The notes under the pieces were generated by a model that was given only the letters and a program-made list of their open reading frames with translations, made no database searches and was not told the DNA's origin. Positions 56,724 to 64,000 of a stretch of 64,000 bases of DNA are shown here, piece by piece (positions within the stretch are counted from its first letter, which is position 1; every line of letters begins with the position of its first letter). This stretch comes from an uncultured Clostridia bacterium (GTDB lineage Bacteria > Bacillota > Clostridia > UMGS1883), in the NCBI GenBank assembly GCA_934476455.1, contig CAKSNY010000002.1:10689-74688 (forward strand), in the 5' to 3' direction. A program made the translations under genes and the position numbers.

Positions 56724-59179
56724 AGCTTTCCTTTTCAACAAACTATCAAAAAACAGACGTAATGCAGGCGCTTGCCGCCGCGAACGAATACGGGTTTCAG
56801 GGGGTGGAAATTCACGATATAAGCGAAACCGAGAATTATGAAATTTCCGACGTGCGGCAAAAAACGGCACAGTACCGCGTGCATATATCGTGCATAGATA
56901 CCGCGGCGGATATATCGAAAGATTTTGACAAGGCATACGCGGAAGCGGTCTGTGCGATAAATAAGGCGGCAGAGCTGCACTGCCCGTACGTAAGGCTGCA
57001 TGCAGAGAGTGAGGATAATGTTTCAGCCTTTTTGCAAAAAACGCTTCCCGATGCCGAAAAAAATAAAATTGTGCTTCTGATAGAATCGTGCGGGGTATAC
57101 GGCGACACGTCAAAGCTGAGAGGGCTTTTGGAGCATTTCGCGTCGGACAGTTTAGGCGCTTTGTGGGATTTTTACCACCCGTACAGAAGCGCGGGCGAAA
57201 CGCCGGACGTCACCGTTAAAAATCTGGGTGCGTACATAAAGCACGTTCATATAAAAGATTCGGATGAAACGGGCGCGTATACCCTTATAGGCGAGGGCAC
57301 AGCCCCTATGGAGGATTTTTTCGGCGCGCTGAGGTCTGTTAATTACGACGGCTATATATCCCTTGAATGGAACGAAAAATGGGCAGACGAGGTAGGCGCC
57401 TGCGAGATAGCGTTTCCGCATTTTGTAAGCTTTATGAATAGGTTTGACGAAACGGCAACCGCAAAGCGCAGCCTTTATCAAAACAAGTCGCAAACGGGTA
57501 AATTTATATGGAAAAAGGACGCGCTTATCGAAAAAACCTTTTCACAGGTGCTGGATTGCTGCGTAGAGGAATTTCCCAACCAAACGGCGATAAGATATAC
57601 CACGCTTGACTATACGAGAACATACAGCCAATTCCGCGATGATGTGGATGAGTTTGCACGGGCGCTTGTTTCCGTAGGCGTTACGGCGGGCAGCCACGTT
57701 GCGGTATGGGCAACAAACGTGCCGCAGTGGTACATTGCGTTTTGGGCGGTTACGAAAATCGGCGCGGTGCTTGTCAGTATGAACACAGCCTACAAAATAC
57801 ACGAGGCAGAGTATTTGTTAAAGCAGTCGGACACGCACACGCTTATTATGACAGAGGGGTATCGGGACTCTAACTACAGAGAAATAATGCAAAAGCTTTG
57901 CCCCGAAACGGAAAACACACCTAAAAACGCCCCGCTTCACGCAAAGAGACTGCCGTTTTTAAGAAATATAATTACAGTAGGTTTTGAAATGCACGGCGCA
58001 ATGACATGGGACGAGGCGCGCGCCGGAGCCGCCGAAACACCGATAGAGGAAATTCACCGCCGCGCCGCTGCGGTAAGCGTGCACAGCGTTTGCAATATGC
58101 AGTATACAAGCGGTACGACGGGCTTTCCGAAGGGCGTAATGCTTACGCATTACAACATAGTAAACAACGGTAAATGTATAGGCGACAGAATGGATCTTTC
58201 CACAGCAGACAGAATGATGATACAGGTGCCGATGTTCCACTGTTTCGGAATGGTGCTGGCGATGACAGCCGCGATGACACATTCGGCAACAATTTTGCCG
58301 CTGCCGTACTTTTCGCCGCGTTCGGCACTTTCGTGCATTGAACACGAGCATATTACGTGCTTCCACGGCGTACCTACGATGTTTATTGCACTTTTGGAAA
58401 ATCCGGATTTTGAAAAGACGGACTTTTCATATATGCGCACCGGCATAATGGCGGGGTCGCCCTGCCCGGTGTCCGTAATGCAGGATGTTTTAAATAAAAT
58501 GAATATGCGCGAGATAACCATTGTTTACGGACAGACAGAGGCTTCGCCGGGCTGCACGATGAGCAGCACTGACGATTCCATCGAAACGCGCGTGGGAACG
58601 GTGGGAAGGGCACTTCCCGAGATAGAATGTAAAATAACAGACCCCGAAACGGGCGAGGAAATGCCCGTAGGCGAGGTTGGCGAGTTTGTGGCGCGCGGCT
58701 ACAACATTATGAAAGGCTACTACAAAATGCCGCACGAAACCGCTGCCGCAATAGATAAGGACGGCTGGCTGCATACCGGCGATTTGGCGCTTAAAACGGC
58801 GGACGGAAACTTCTGCATAACAGGGCGCCTTAAGGATATGATAATACGCGGGGGAGAAAATATTTACCCCAAGGAAATAGAGGAATTTATCTACACGCAC
58901 CCCTCTGTAAAGGACGTACAGGTTATCGGCGTGCCGGACGAGCAATACGGCGAGGAAATAATGGCATGCGTTATACTTAAAGAGGGCACCGCCCTTACCG
59001 CTGACGAGCTGAAGGGCTATATTGCGGAAAATATGGCAAAGCACAAGGTGCCGCGGTATATAGATTTTGTAGAGGAGTTCCCCATGAATGTAGCGGGCAA
59101 AATTCTTAAATATAAAATGCGCGAGGACGCAATAGAGCGCCTCGGCATAAAAAAAGCAGAAGGAATAACAGCGCAATAA
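56720..59179 (+). CDS. fusion protein: N-terminal xylose-isomerase-like TIM-barrel (sugar-phosphate isomerase/epimerase family) + C-terminal AMP-forming acyl-CoA synthetase
   Basis: N-terminal ~245 aa with WDFYHP...HVHIKD...SLEWNE motifs; C-terminal AMP-binding motifs YTSGTTGFPKGV, GYGQTE, WLHTGDLA, GRLKDMIIRGGENIYP; ATGA-coupled to upstream gene; strong GAGGAGG RBS. Confidence 0.75.
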   Translation: MKLSFSTNYQKTDVMQALAAANEYGFQGVEIHDISETENYEISDVRQKTAQYRVHISCIDTAADISKDFDKAYAEAVCAINKAAELHCPYVRLHAESEDNVSAFLQKTLPDAEKNKIVLLIESCGVYGDTSKLRGLLEHFASDSLGALWDFYHPYRSAGETPDVTVKNLGAYIKHVHIKDSDETGAYTLIGEGTAPMEDFFGALRSVNYDGYISLEWNEKWADEVGACEIAFPHFVSFMNRFDETATAKRSLYQNKSQTGKFIWKKDALIEKTFSQVLDCCVEEFPNQTAIRYTTLDYTRTYSQFRDDVDEFARALVSVGVTAGSHVAVWATNVPQWYIAFWAVTKIGAVLVSMNTAYKIHEAEYLLKQSDTHTLIMTEGYRDSNYREIMQKLCPETENTPKNAPLHAKRLPFLRNIITVGFEMHGAMTWDEARAGAAETPIEEIHRRAAAVSVHSVCNMQYTSGTTGFPKGVMLTHYNIVNNGKCIGDRMDLSTADRMMIQVPMFHCFGMVLAMTAAMTHSATILPLPYFSPRSALSCIEHEHITCFHGVPTMFIALLENPDFEKTDFSYMRTGIMAGSPCPVSVMQDVLNKMNMREITIVYGQTEASPGCTMSSTDDSIETRVGTVGRALPEIECKITDPETGEEMPVGEVGEFVARGYNIMKGYYKMPHETAAAIDKDGWLHTGDLALKTADGNFCITGRLKDMIIRGGENIYPKEIEEFIYTHPSVKDVQVIGVPDEQYGEEIMACVILKEGTALTADELKGYIAENMAKHKVPRYIDFVEEFPMNVAGKILKYKMREDAIERLGIKKAEGITAQ

Positions 59180-59200
59180 AGCTTTGAAAGGATGGTTTAG

Positions 59201-60268
59201 ATGCTTAACATTAAGGTAGAAAAAACAAAAAATCCTAAAACAAAACCGGCAAAGGGTGAAAAGCTGGGCTTCGGTAAAATTTTTACAGACCATATGTTTG
59301 AAATGGATTATACCGAGGGAAAGGGATGGCACGATGCAAGAATAGTGCCGTTTCACAATCTGGAGCTTTCGCCCGCAGCTATGGTTTTTCATTACGGACA
59401 GGAGATGTTCGAGGGGCTTAAGGCATACCGCGGGGCAGACGGAAAAGCGCGGCTTTTCCGCCCGGATATGAACGCAAAGCGTACTACAAACACAAACAAG
59501 CGCCTTTGCATACCGTATCTCCCCGAGGAGGATTTTGTGGAGGCTGTAAAGGCGGTTGTTAAGGTTGATGAGGACTGGATTCCGACAGAGGAGGGGACCT
59601 CGCTTTATATAAGACCGTTTATTATAGCTACGGACGAATTTTTGGGCGTTGCACCCGCGCAGACATACAAATTTATGGTAATTCTTTCACCGAGCGGCGC
59701 GTACTACGAAAGCGGGCTTGCACCGGTGGGCATCTGGGTAGAGGATGAATATGTGCGTGCGGTGCGCGGCGGAATGGGCTTTGCAAAAACGGGCGGTAAC
59801 TACGCCGCAAGCCTGATTGCGCAGGTGAAAGCACACGATGACGGATATTCGCAGGTTTTGTGGCTTGACGGTGTGGAGCAGAAATACATCGAAGAAGTGG
59901 GCGCAATGAACATCTTTTTCAGGATTGACGGAAAGGTTGTTACACCGAAGCTTAACGGAAGCATCCTGCCGGGGGTTACGCGTGACAGTGTGCTTCATCT
60001 TTGCAGGGCAATGGGCTTTGAAACAGAGGAGCGCCGCATAAGCATTGACGAGCTTATTGCCGCGCAAAAGGAAGGAAAGCTTGAGGAATGTTTCGGCACG
60101 GGAACGGCGGCAGTTATTTCACCTGTGGGCAAGCTGCGCTACAAAGATGACGTTATGACGATAAGCGGCAATAAAATAGGCGAGCTTACGCAAAAGCTTT
60201 ACGATAAATTAACTGGTATTCAATGGGGAAAATGTGAGGATGAGTTCGGATGGAGCGTAGTTCTTTAA
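59201..60268 (+). CDS. ilvE: branched-chain amino acid aminotransferase
   Basis: 355 aa; FGKIFTDHMF, GQEMFEGLKAYR, PLP-fold class IV motifs. Confidence 0.85.
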   Translation: MLNIKVEKTKNPKTKPAKGEKLGFGKIFTDHMFEMDYTEGKGWHDARIVPFHNLELSPAAMVFHYGQEMFEGLKAYRGADGKARLFRPDMNAKRTTNTNKRLCIPYLPEEDFVEAVKAVVKVDEDWIPTEEGTSLYIRPFIIATDEFLGVAPAQTYKFMVILSPSGAYYESGLAPVGIWVEDEYVRAVRGGMGFAKTGGNYAASLIAQVKAHDDGYSQVLWLDGVEQKYIEEVGAMNIFFRIDGKVVTPKLNGSILPGVTRDSVLHLCRAMGFETEERRISIDELIAAQKEGKLEECFGTGTAAVISPVGKLRYKDDVMTISGNKIGELTQKLYDKLTGIQWGKCEDEFGWSVVL

Positions 60269-60939
60269 AAAGAATAAATGTTTTCTGCGGGCATTACGGC
60301 AGCGGAAAAACAAACATCGCGGTAAATTACGCGCTGATGCTTAAAAAGCGCTTTGAAAGGGTTGCCATAGCAGACCTTGACATTGTAAACCCGTATTTCA
60401 GAACAAAGGACGCGGCGGATATTCTTAAGCAAAACAGTATCAGGGTTATATCATCGCCGTATGCAAACTCAAACGTAGATACGCCCGCACTTCCGGCAGA
60501 GATTTACTCCGTCACGGACGAGGGCGACCTGCACGCCGTTATAGACGTCGGCGGTGACGACCGCGGGGCACTTGCCCTCGGTCGATTTAAGGAAAACATA
60601 GAGAGAGCGGGCGGCTGCAATCTGTTTTTTGTTATAAATATGTACAGACCCTTAACAAAAACACCCGAGGAAGCCTTTTGTGTGCTGAAAGAAATCGAAG
60701 CGGCGTGCCGTATGCGCTTTGATTATATAATAAACAACTCAAACCTGGGCGAGGCAACCACCGCGCACGACATAGAACGTTCGTTTGAATATGCGCGTGC
60801 GGTGGAAAGCCTTACGGGGCTTAAAACGGCATTTACAACAGTTAAAACAGAGCTTTACCCGAAAATAAAAGGCAAAGCGGAAAATATTATACCAATTAAG
60901 CTTTTTGTAAGACAAAGCTGGGAAGAAAGGAATGAGTAA
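60250..60939 (+). CDS. P-loop NTPase of unknown function (Walker A GHYGSGKT, DVGGDD switch-like motif)
   Basis: Walker A near N-terminus, hhhhDxxG motif VIDVGGDD; 19-nt overlap with ilvE; embedded between ilvE and oxidoreductase genes. Confidence 0.5.
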   Translation: MERSSLKRINVFCGHYGSGKTNIAVNYALMLKKRFERVAIADLDIVNPYFRTKDAADILKQNSIRVISSPYANSNVDTPALPAEIYSVTDEGDLHAVIDVGGDDRGALALGRFKENIERAGGCNLFFVINMYRPLTKTPEEAFCVLKEIEAACRMRFDYIINNSNLGEATTAHDIERSFEYARAVESLTGLKTAFTTVKTELYPKIKGKAENIIPIKLFVRQSWEERNE

Positions 60940-60940
60940 T

Positions 60941-61144
60941 ATGGCAAAGGTAACGTTTGACAGCGAGCGCTGCAAGGGCTGCGGCTTGTGCGTGCACGCC
61001 TGTCCGAAAAATATTGTGGCATTGGGAAACACGCTTAACGCACGCGGGTATCACAGCGCAGAGGTAACGCAGCCCGAAAAATGCGTAGGGTGTGCGTTCT
61101 GCGCATCGATGTGTCCCGATTGCGTAATAACGGTTGAAAGATAA
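60941..61144 (+). CDS. 2-oxoacid:ferredoxin oxidoreductase delta subunit (2x[4Fe-4S] ferredoxin)
   Basis: two CxxCxxCxxxCP motifs (CKGCGLCVHACP, CVGCAFCASMCP), 68 aa. Confidence 0.7.
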   Translation: MAKVTFDSERCKGCGLCVHACPKNIVALGNTLNARGYHSAEVTQPEKCVGCAFCASMCPDCVITVER

Positions 61145-61161
61145 GGAAAGGATTGAAAAAT

Positions 61162-62223
61162 ATGGCTGAAAAAGTTTTGATGAAAGGAAACGAAGCTTTG
61201 GCAGAGGCTGCAATAATGGCAGGCTGCCGCCACTACTTCGGATATCCTATCACCCCGCAGACAGAGGTTGCGGCGTATATGGCAAAAAGAATGCCTAAAA
61301 TCGGCGGAACATTTCTTCAGGCGGAAAGCGAAATTGCCGCAATAAATATGGTTATCGGTGTGGCTTCGACGGGGAAAAGGGCGATGACGTCAAGCTCCAG
61401 CCCCGGCATAAGCCTTAAAAGCGAAGGTATATCGTATCTTGCGGGGTGCGATTTGCCCGCGCTTATTGTAAACGTTCAGCGCGGCGGTCCCGGGCTCGGC
61501 GGAATACAGCCGTCGCAGTCGGACTATTTCCAGGCAACGCGCGGCGCCGGGCATGGAGATTTTCACCTGATAGTGCTTGCACCGGCAAGCGTGCAGGAAA
61601 TGGTAGAGCTTGTTTTCCGCGGTTTTGACCTGGGCGAAAAGTACCGTATGCCCGTTATGCTTTTGTCAGACGGCACAATGGGGCAGATGATGGAACCCGT
61701 AGTGCTTGAACAAAAGGAAATCGTACAATATGATAAATCGTGGGCGCTTACGGGAACGGACGGCGTGCGCAAGCCAAACATTGTAAATTCGCTTTTCTTA
61801 AAGCCCGAAGAACTGGAAAAATTCAACTTTGCGCGGTACGAGCGTTACAAAAAAATCGAAGAAACCGAAACCATGTACGAGGAATATAAAATGGAGGACG
61901 CGGAAATTTGCGTCGTAGCGTTCGGCGTGGCGTCACGCGTTTCAAAAAATGCGATAGACGAGGCGCGTGCCATGGGCATAAAGGTAGGTATGATAAGACC
62001 CATCACCCTTTGGCCTTTCCCGAAAAAAGCTCTTTTGAAGGCTTCGGAAAAAGTTAAGAAATTTATTTCGGTAGAGCTTTCAATGGGGCAAATGACAGAG
62101 GATATTTCACTGGCTGTAAAATGCCGCCGCGAGGTGCTTCTTTGCAACCGCACCGGCGGAATGATACCCACAACGGCAGAGGTTGTGGCAAAAATAAAAG
62201 AAGCTTGCGGAGGTGCAGAGTAA
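61162..62223 (+). CDS. 2-oxoacid:ferredoxin oxidoreductase alpha subunit
   Basis: KorA/VorA/PorA-like N-terminus (LMKGNEALAEAAIMAGCRHYFGYPITPQTE). Confidence 0.8.
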   Translation: MAEKVLMKGNEALAEAAIMAGCRHYFGYPITPQTEVAAYMAKRMPKIGGTFLQAESEIAAINMVIGVASTGKRAMTSSSSPGISLKSEGISYLAGCDLPALIVNVQRGGPGLGGIQPSQSDYFQATRGAGHGDFHLIVLAPASVQEMVELVFRGFDLGEKYRMPVMLLSDGTMGQMMEPVVLEQKEIVQYDKSWALTGTDGVRKPNIVNSLFLKPEELEKFNFARYERYKKIEETETMYEEYKMEDAEICVVAFGVASRVSKNAIDEARAMGIKVGMIRPITLWPFPKKALLKASEKVKKFISVELSMGQMTEDISLAVKCRREVLLCNRTGGMIPTTAEVVAKIKEACGGAE

Positions 62224-62966
62224 TGGTAGTTTTTGAAAAGCCTAAGGCGCTTACGGACGCGCCGCTTCATTACTGCCCGGGCTGTACGCACGGCATTATA
62301 CACAGGCTTGTTGCACAGGCAATAGACGAGCTTGGCATTGCGGGGCGTACGATAGGCGTAGCGTCGGTAGGGTGCAGCGTGTTTGCATATAATTATTTTA
62401 ACTGTGATATGGTACAGGCAGCGCACGGGCGCGCACCTGCGGTGGCAACGGGCGTAAAGCGCAGCGACCCCGAAAAAAACATCGTCTTTACATATCAGGG
62501 CGACGGCGACCTTGCCGCAATAGGAACAGCGGAAACCGTACACAGTGCGGCACGCGGCGAAAACATAACGGTAATATTTGTAAACAATGCCATTTACGGT
62601 ATGACGGGCGGGCAGATGGCACCCACAACGCTGCCGGGGCAGAAAACGCAGACATCGCCGTACGGGCGTGACGTCAGTACAGTGGGCTATCCCGTAAAGG
62701 TATGCGAACTGCTTTCAAATGTGGACGGTGCGGCGTATCTCGAACGCGTGGCGGTCAACAATCCGGCAAACGTTAAAAAGGCAAAAGCGGCAATTAAAAA
62801 GGCGTTTTCAAACCAGCTTGAAAACAAGGGCTTTTCTCTTGTAGAGGTGCTTTCAACCTGCCCCACAAACTGGGGATTGGAACCGCAGAAGGCGCTTAAC
62901 TGGCTGGAAGAAAATATGATTCCGTATTACCCGTTGGGTGTTTACAAGGATAAATATGCAAAGTGA
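62223..62966 (+). CDS. 2-oxoacid:ferredoxin oxidoreductase beta subunit (TPP-binding)
   Basis: YCPGCTHG and TPP motif GDGD...N; start ATG overlaps alpha stop (TAATG). Confidence 0.8.
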   Translation: MVVFEKPKALTDAPLHYCPGCTHGIIHRLVAQAIDELGIAGRTIGVASVGCSVFAYNYFNCDMVQAAHGRAPAVATGVKRSDPEKNIVFTYQGDGDLAAIGTAETVHSAARGENITVIFVNNAIYGMTGGQMAPTTLPGQKTQTSPYGRDVSTVGYPVKVCELLSNVDGAAYLERVAVNNPANVKKAKAAIKKAFSNQLENKGFSLVEVLSTCPTNWGLEPQKALNWLEENMIPYYPLGVYKDKYAK

Positions 62967-62976
62967 GGTGCGCAGA

Positions 62977-63519
62977 ATGAATAAAGAAATACTTATAGCG
63001 GGCTTCGGCGGTCAGGGGATTTTGTTTTCGGGGAAATTTCTTGCTTACGAAGGTCTTATAGAAAACCGCAATGTAAGCTGGCTGCCGTCTTACGGACCGG
63101 AAATGCGCGGCGGCACCGCAAATTGCAGCATTATTTTAAGCGACGGCGCTATAGGCTCGCCGATTGTTACAAATCCTGACATACTTATAGCGATGAATTT
63201 ACCCTCGCTTGACAAGTACGAAGCGGAAACAAAGCCGGGCGGCGAAATATTTGCGGAAAGCTCGCTCATTGAAAGAAAGCTCAGCCGCACAGACGTTTCG
63301 GGCTATTACATTCCCGCAACGCATCTTGCCGACGAAAACGGGCTTTCGGGTCTTGCAAATATGATTATGCTGGGATATATGATTAAGAAAAGCGGCGTAA
63401 TTCCGACAGAAAATATAGACGCCGCACTCTCAAAGGTTGTGCCGCCGTCAAAGGCACACCTTATCGAAAAGAACAGGCAGGCAATAGATATAGGCTATAA
63501 CTACGGAGAGGAGAAGTAA
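62977..63519 (+). CDS. 2-oxoacid:ferredoxin oxidoreductase gamma subunit
   Basis: ILIAGFGGQG N-terminus; GTGAGGTG RBS. Confidence 0.8.
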   Translation: MNKEILIAGFGGQGILFSGKFLAYEGLIENRNVSWLPSYGPEMRGGTANCSIILSDGAIGSPIVTNPDILIAMNLPSLDKYEAETKPGGEIFAESSLIERKLSRTDVSGYYIPATHLADENGLSGLANMIMLGYMIKKSGVIPTENIDAALSKVVPPSKAHLIEKNRQAIDIGYNYGEEK

Positions 63520-63525
63520 GAAAAA

Positions 63526-64000
63526 TGAACGAGCAGCTAAAAGATATAGGTATGCGGCTTATGTCCCTGCGCGAGGACTGCGAATATACTATAGAGCAAA
63601 TGGCACAAAAGCTGAACCTTGATACGGAGGCGTACAAGGCTTACGAGGCGGGCAACCGTGATTTCTCTTTCAGCTTTGTATATAACTGTGCAAACATATT
63701 GGGCGTGGATGTGCTTGATATAATAAGCGGCGAAGCCCCCACACTTTCAAAGGCGTGTATGGTGGAATCGGGCAAGGGCTACAGCGTGAAGCGCGAGCAT
63801 GAGTATGATTACCGACATCTTGCATATACCTTCAGAAACAAAAAGGCAGAGCCGTTTTTGGTAACGGTAAACCCCGATGACGAAACACCCGTTCTTCACG
63901 GACACGAAGGGCAGGAGTTTAACTATGTTTTGTCCGGAGAGATGACTATATACATAGGCGATATTTCATATGAAATGTCTAAGGGTGACAGCATCTATTT
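63526..64000 (+). CDS. XRE-family HTH + cupin-domain transcriptional regulator (3' end beyond window)
   Basis: N-terminal HTH (MRLMSLREDCEYTIEQMAQKLNL), C-terminal cupin motif (HGHEGQEFNYVLSGEMTIYIGD). Confidence 0.65.

Noticed and set aside
58490-59392. 300-aa ORF on the minus strand
   Set aside because: Antisense to the acyl-CoA ligase and ilvE genes; there is no support for it.

Overview
This 64-kb window looks like a chromosomal segment of a spore-forming Firmicutes/Clostridia-type genome with about 50% GC. That call is inferred from gene content: SpoVD-like PASTA PBP, spoIIM-like gene, type III glutamine synthetase, GGAGG-type RBSs. Most of the window is housekeeping: hpf, rnmV, radC, trmK, an RNase P RNA gene, galM, glnA type III, apbE, coaE, polA, rpmB, pyrR, pncB, ybaK, xerD-like, rpsT, rluB-like, one tRNA-Pro(CGG), ftsH and pyk. 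A dcw cell-division cluster runs mraZ-rsmH-ftsL-PBP-murE-mraY-ftsW-murG-murA-ftsQ-ftsZ. Five features stand out. (1) A 5-gene operon for a biotin-dependent Na+-pumping decarboxylase carries both a 12S-type (acyl-CoA) and a 5S-type (oxaloacetate/pyruvate) carboxyltransferase. (2) A family of ~105-nt structured intergenic repeat elements occurs in at least four loci. One copy carries a ~208-nt insertion, and related fragments lie next to the tRNA. (3) A ~320-nt intergenic segment between rpmB and pyrR is bounded and internally organised by nested inverted repeats. (4) Direct repeats and a duplicated tRNA 3' end beside tRNA-Pro suggest a remnant of an integration event. (5) A 3'-terminal operon is preceded by an Ile/Val-rich 37-codon leader ORF and a strong intrinsic terminator. 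It encodes a catalytically degenerate LeuA-like protein with an intact regulatory domain, a TIM-barrel::AMP-forming acyl-CoA ligase fusion, a branched-chain aminotransferase, a P-loop NTPase and a four-subunit 2-oxoacid:ferredoxin oxidoreductase. I read this as a candidate attenuation-controlled pathway that makes branched-chain amino acids from branched-chain fatty acids by reductive carboxylation, and I consider it the most novel element in the window. No CRISPR array, rRNA, transposase or obvious prophage gene was seen.
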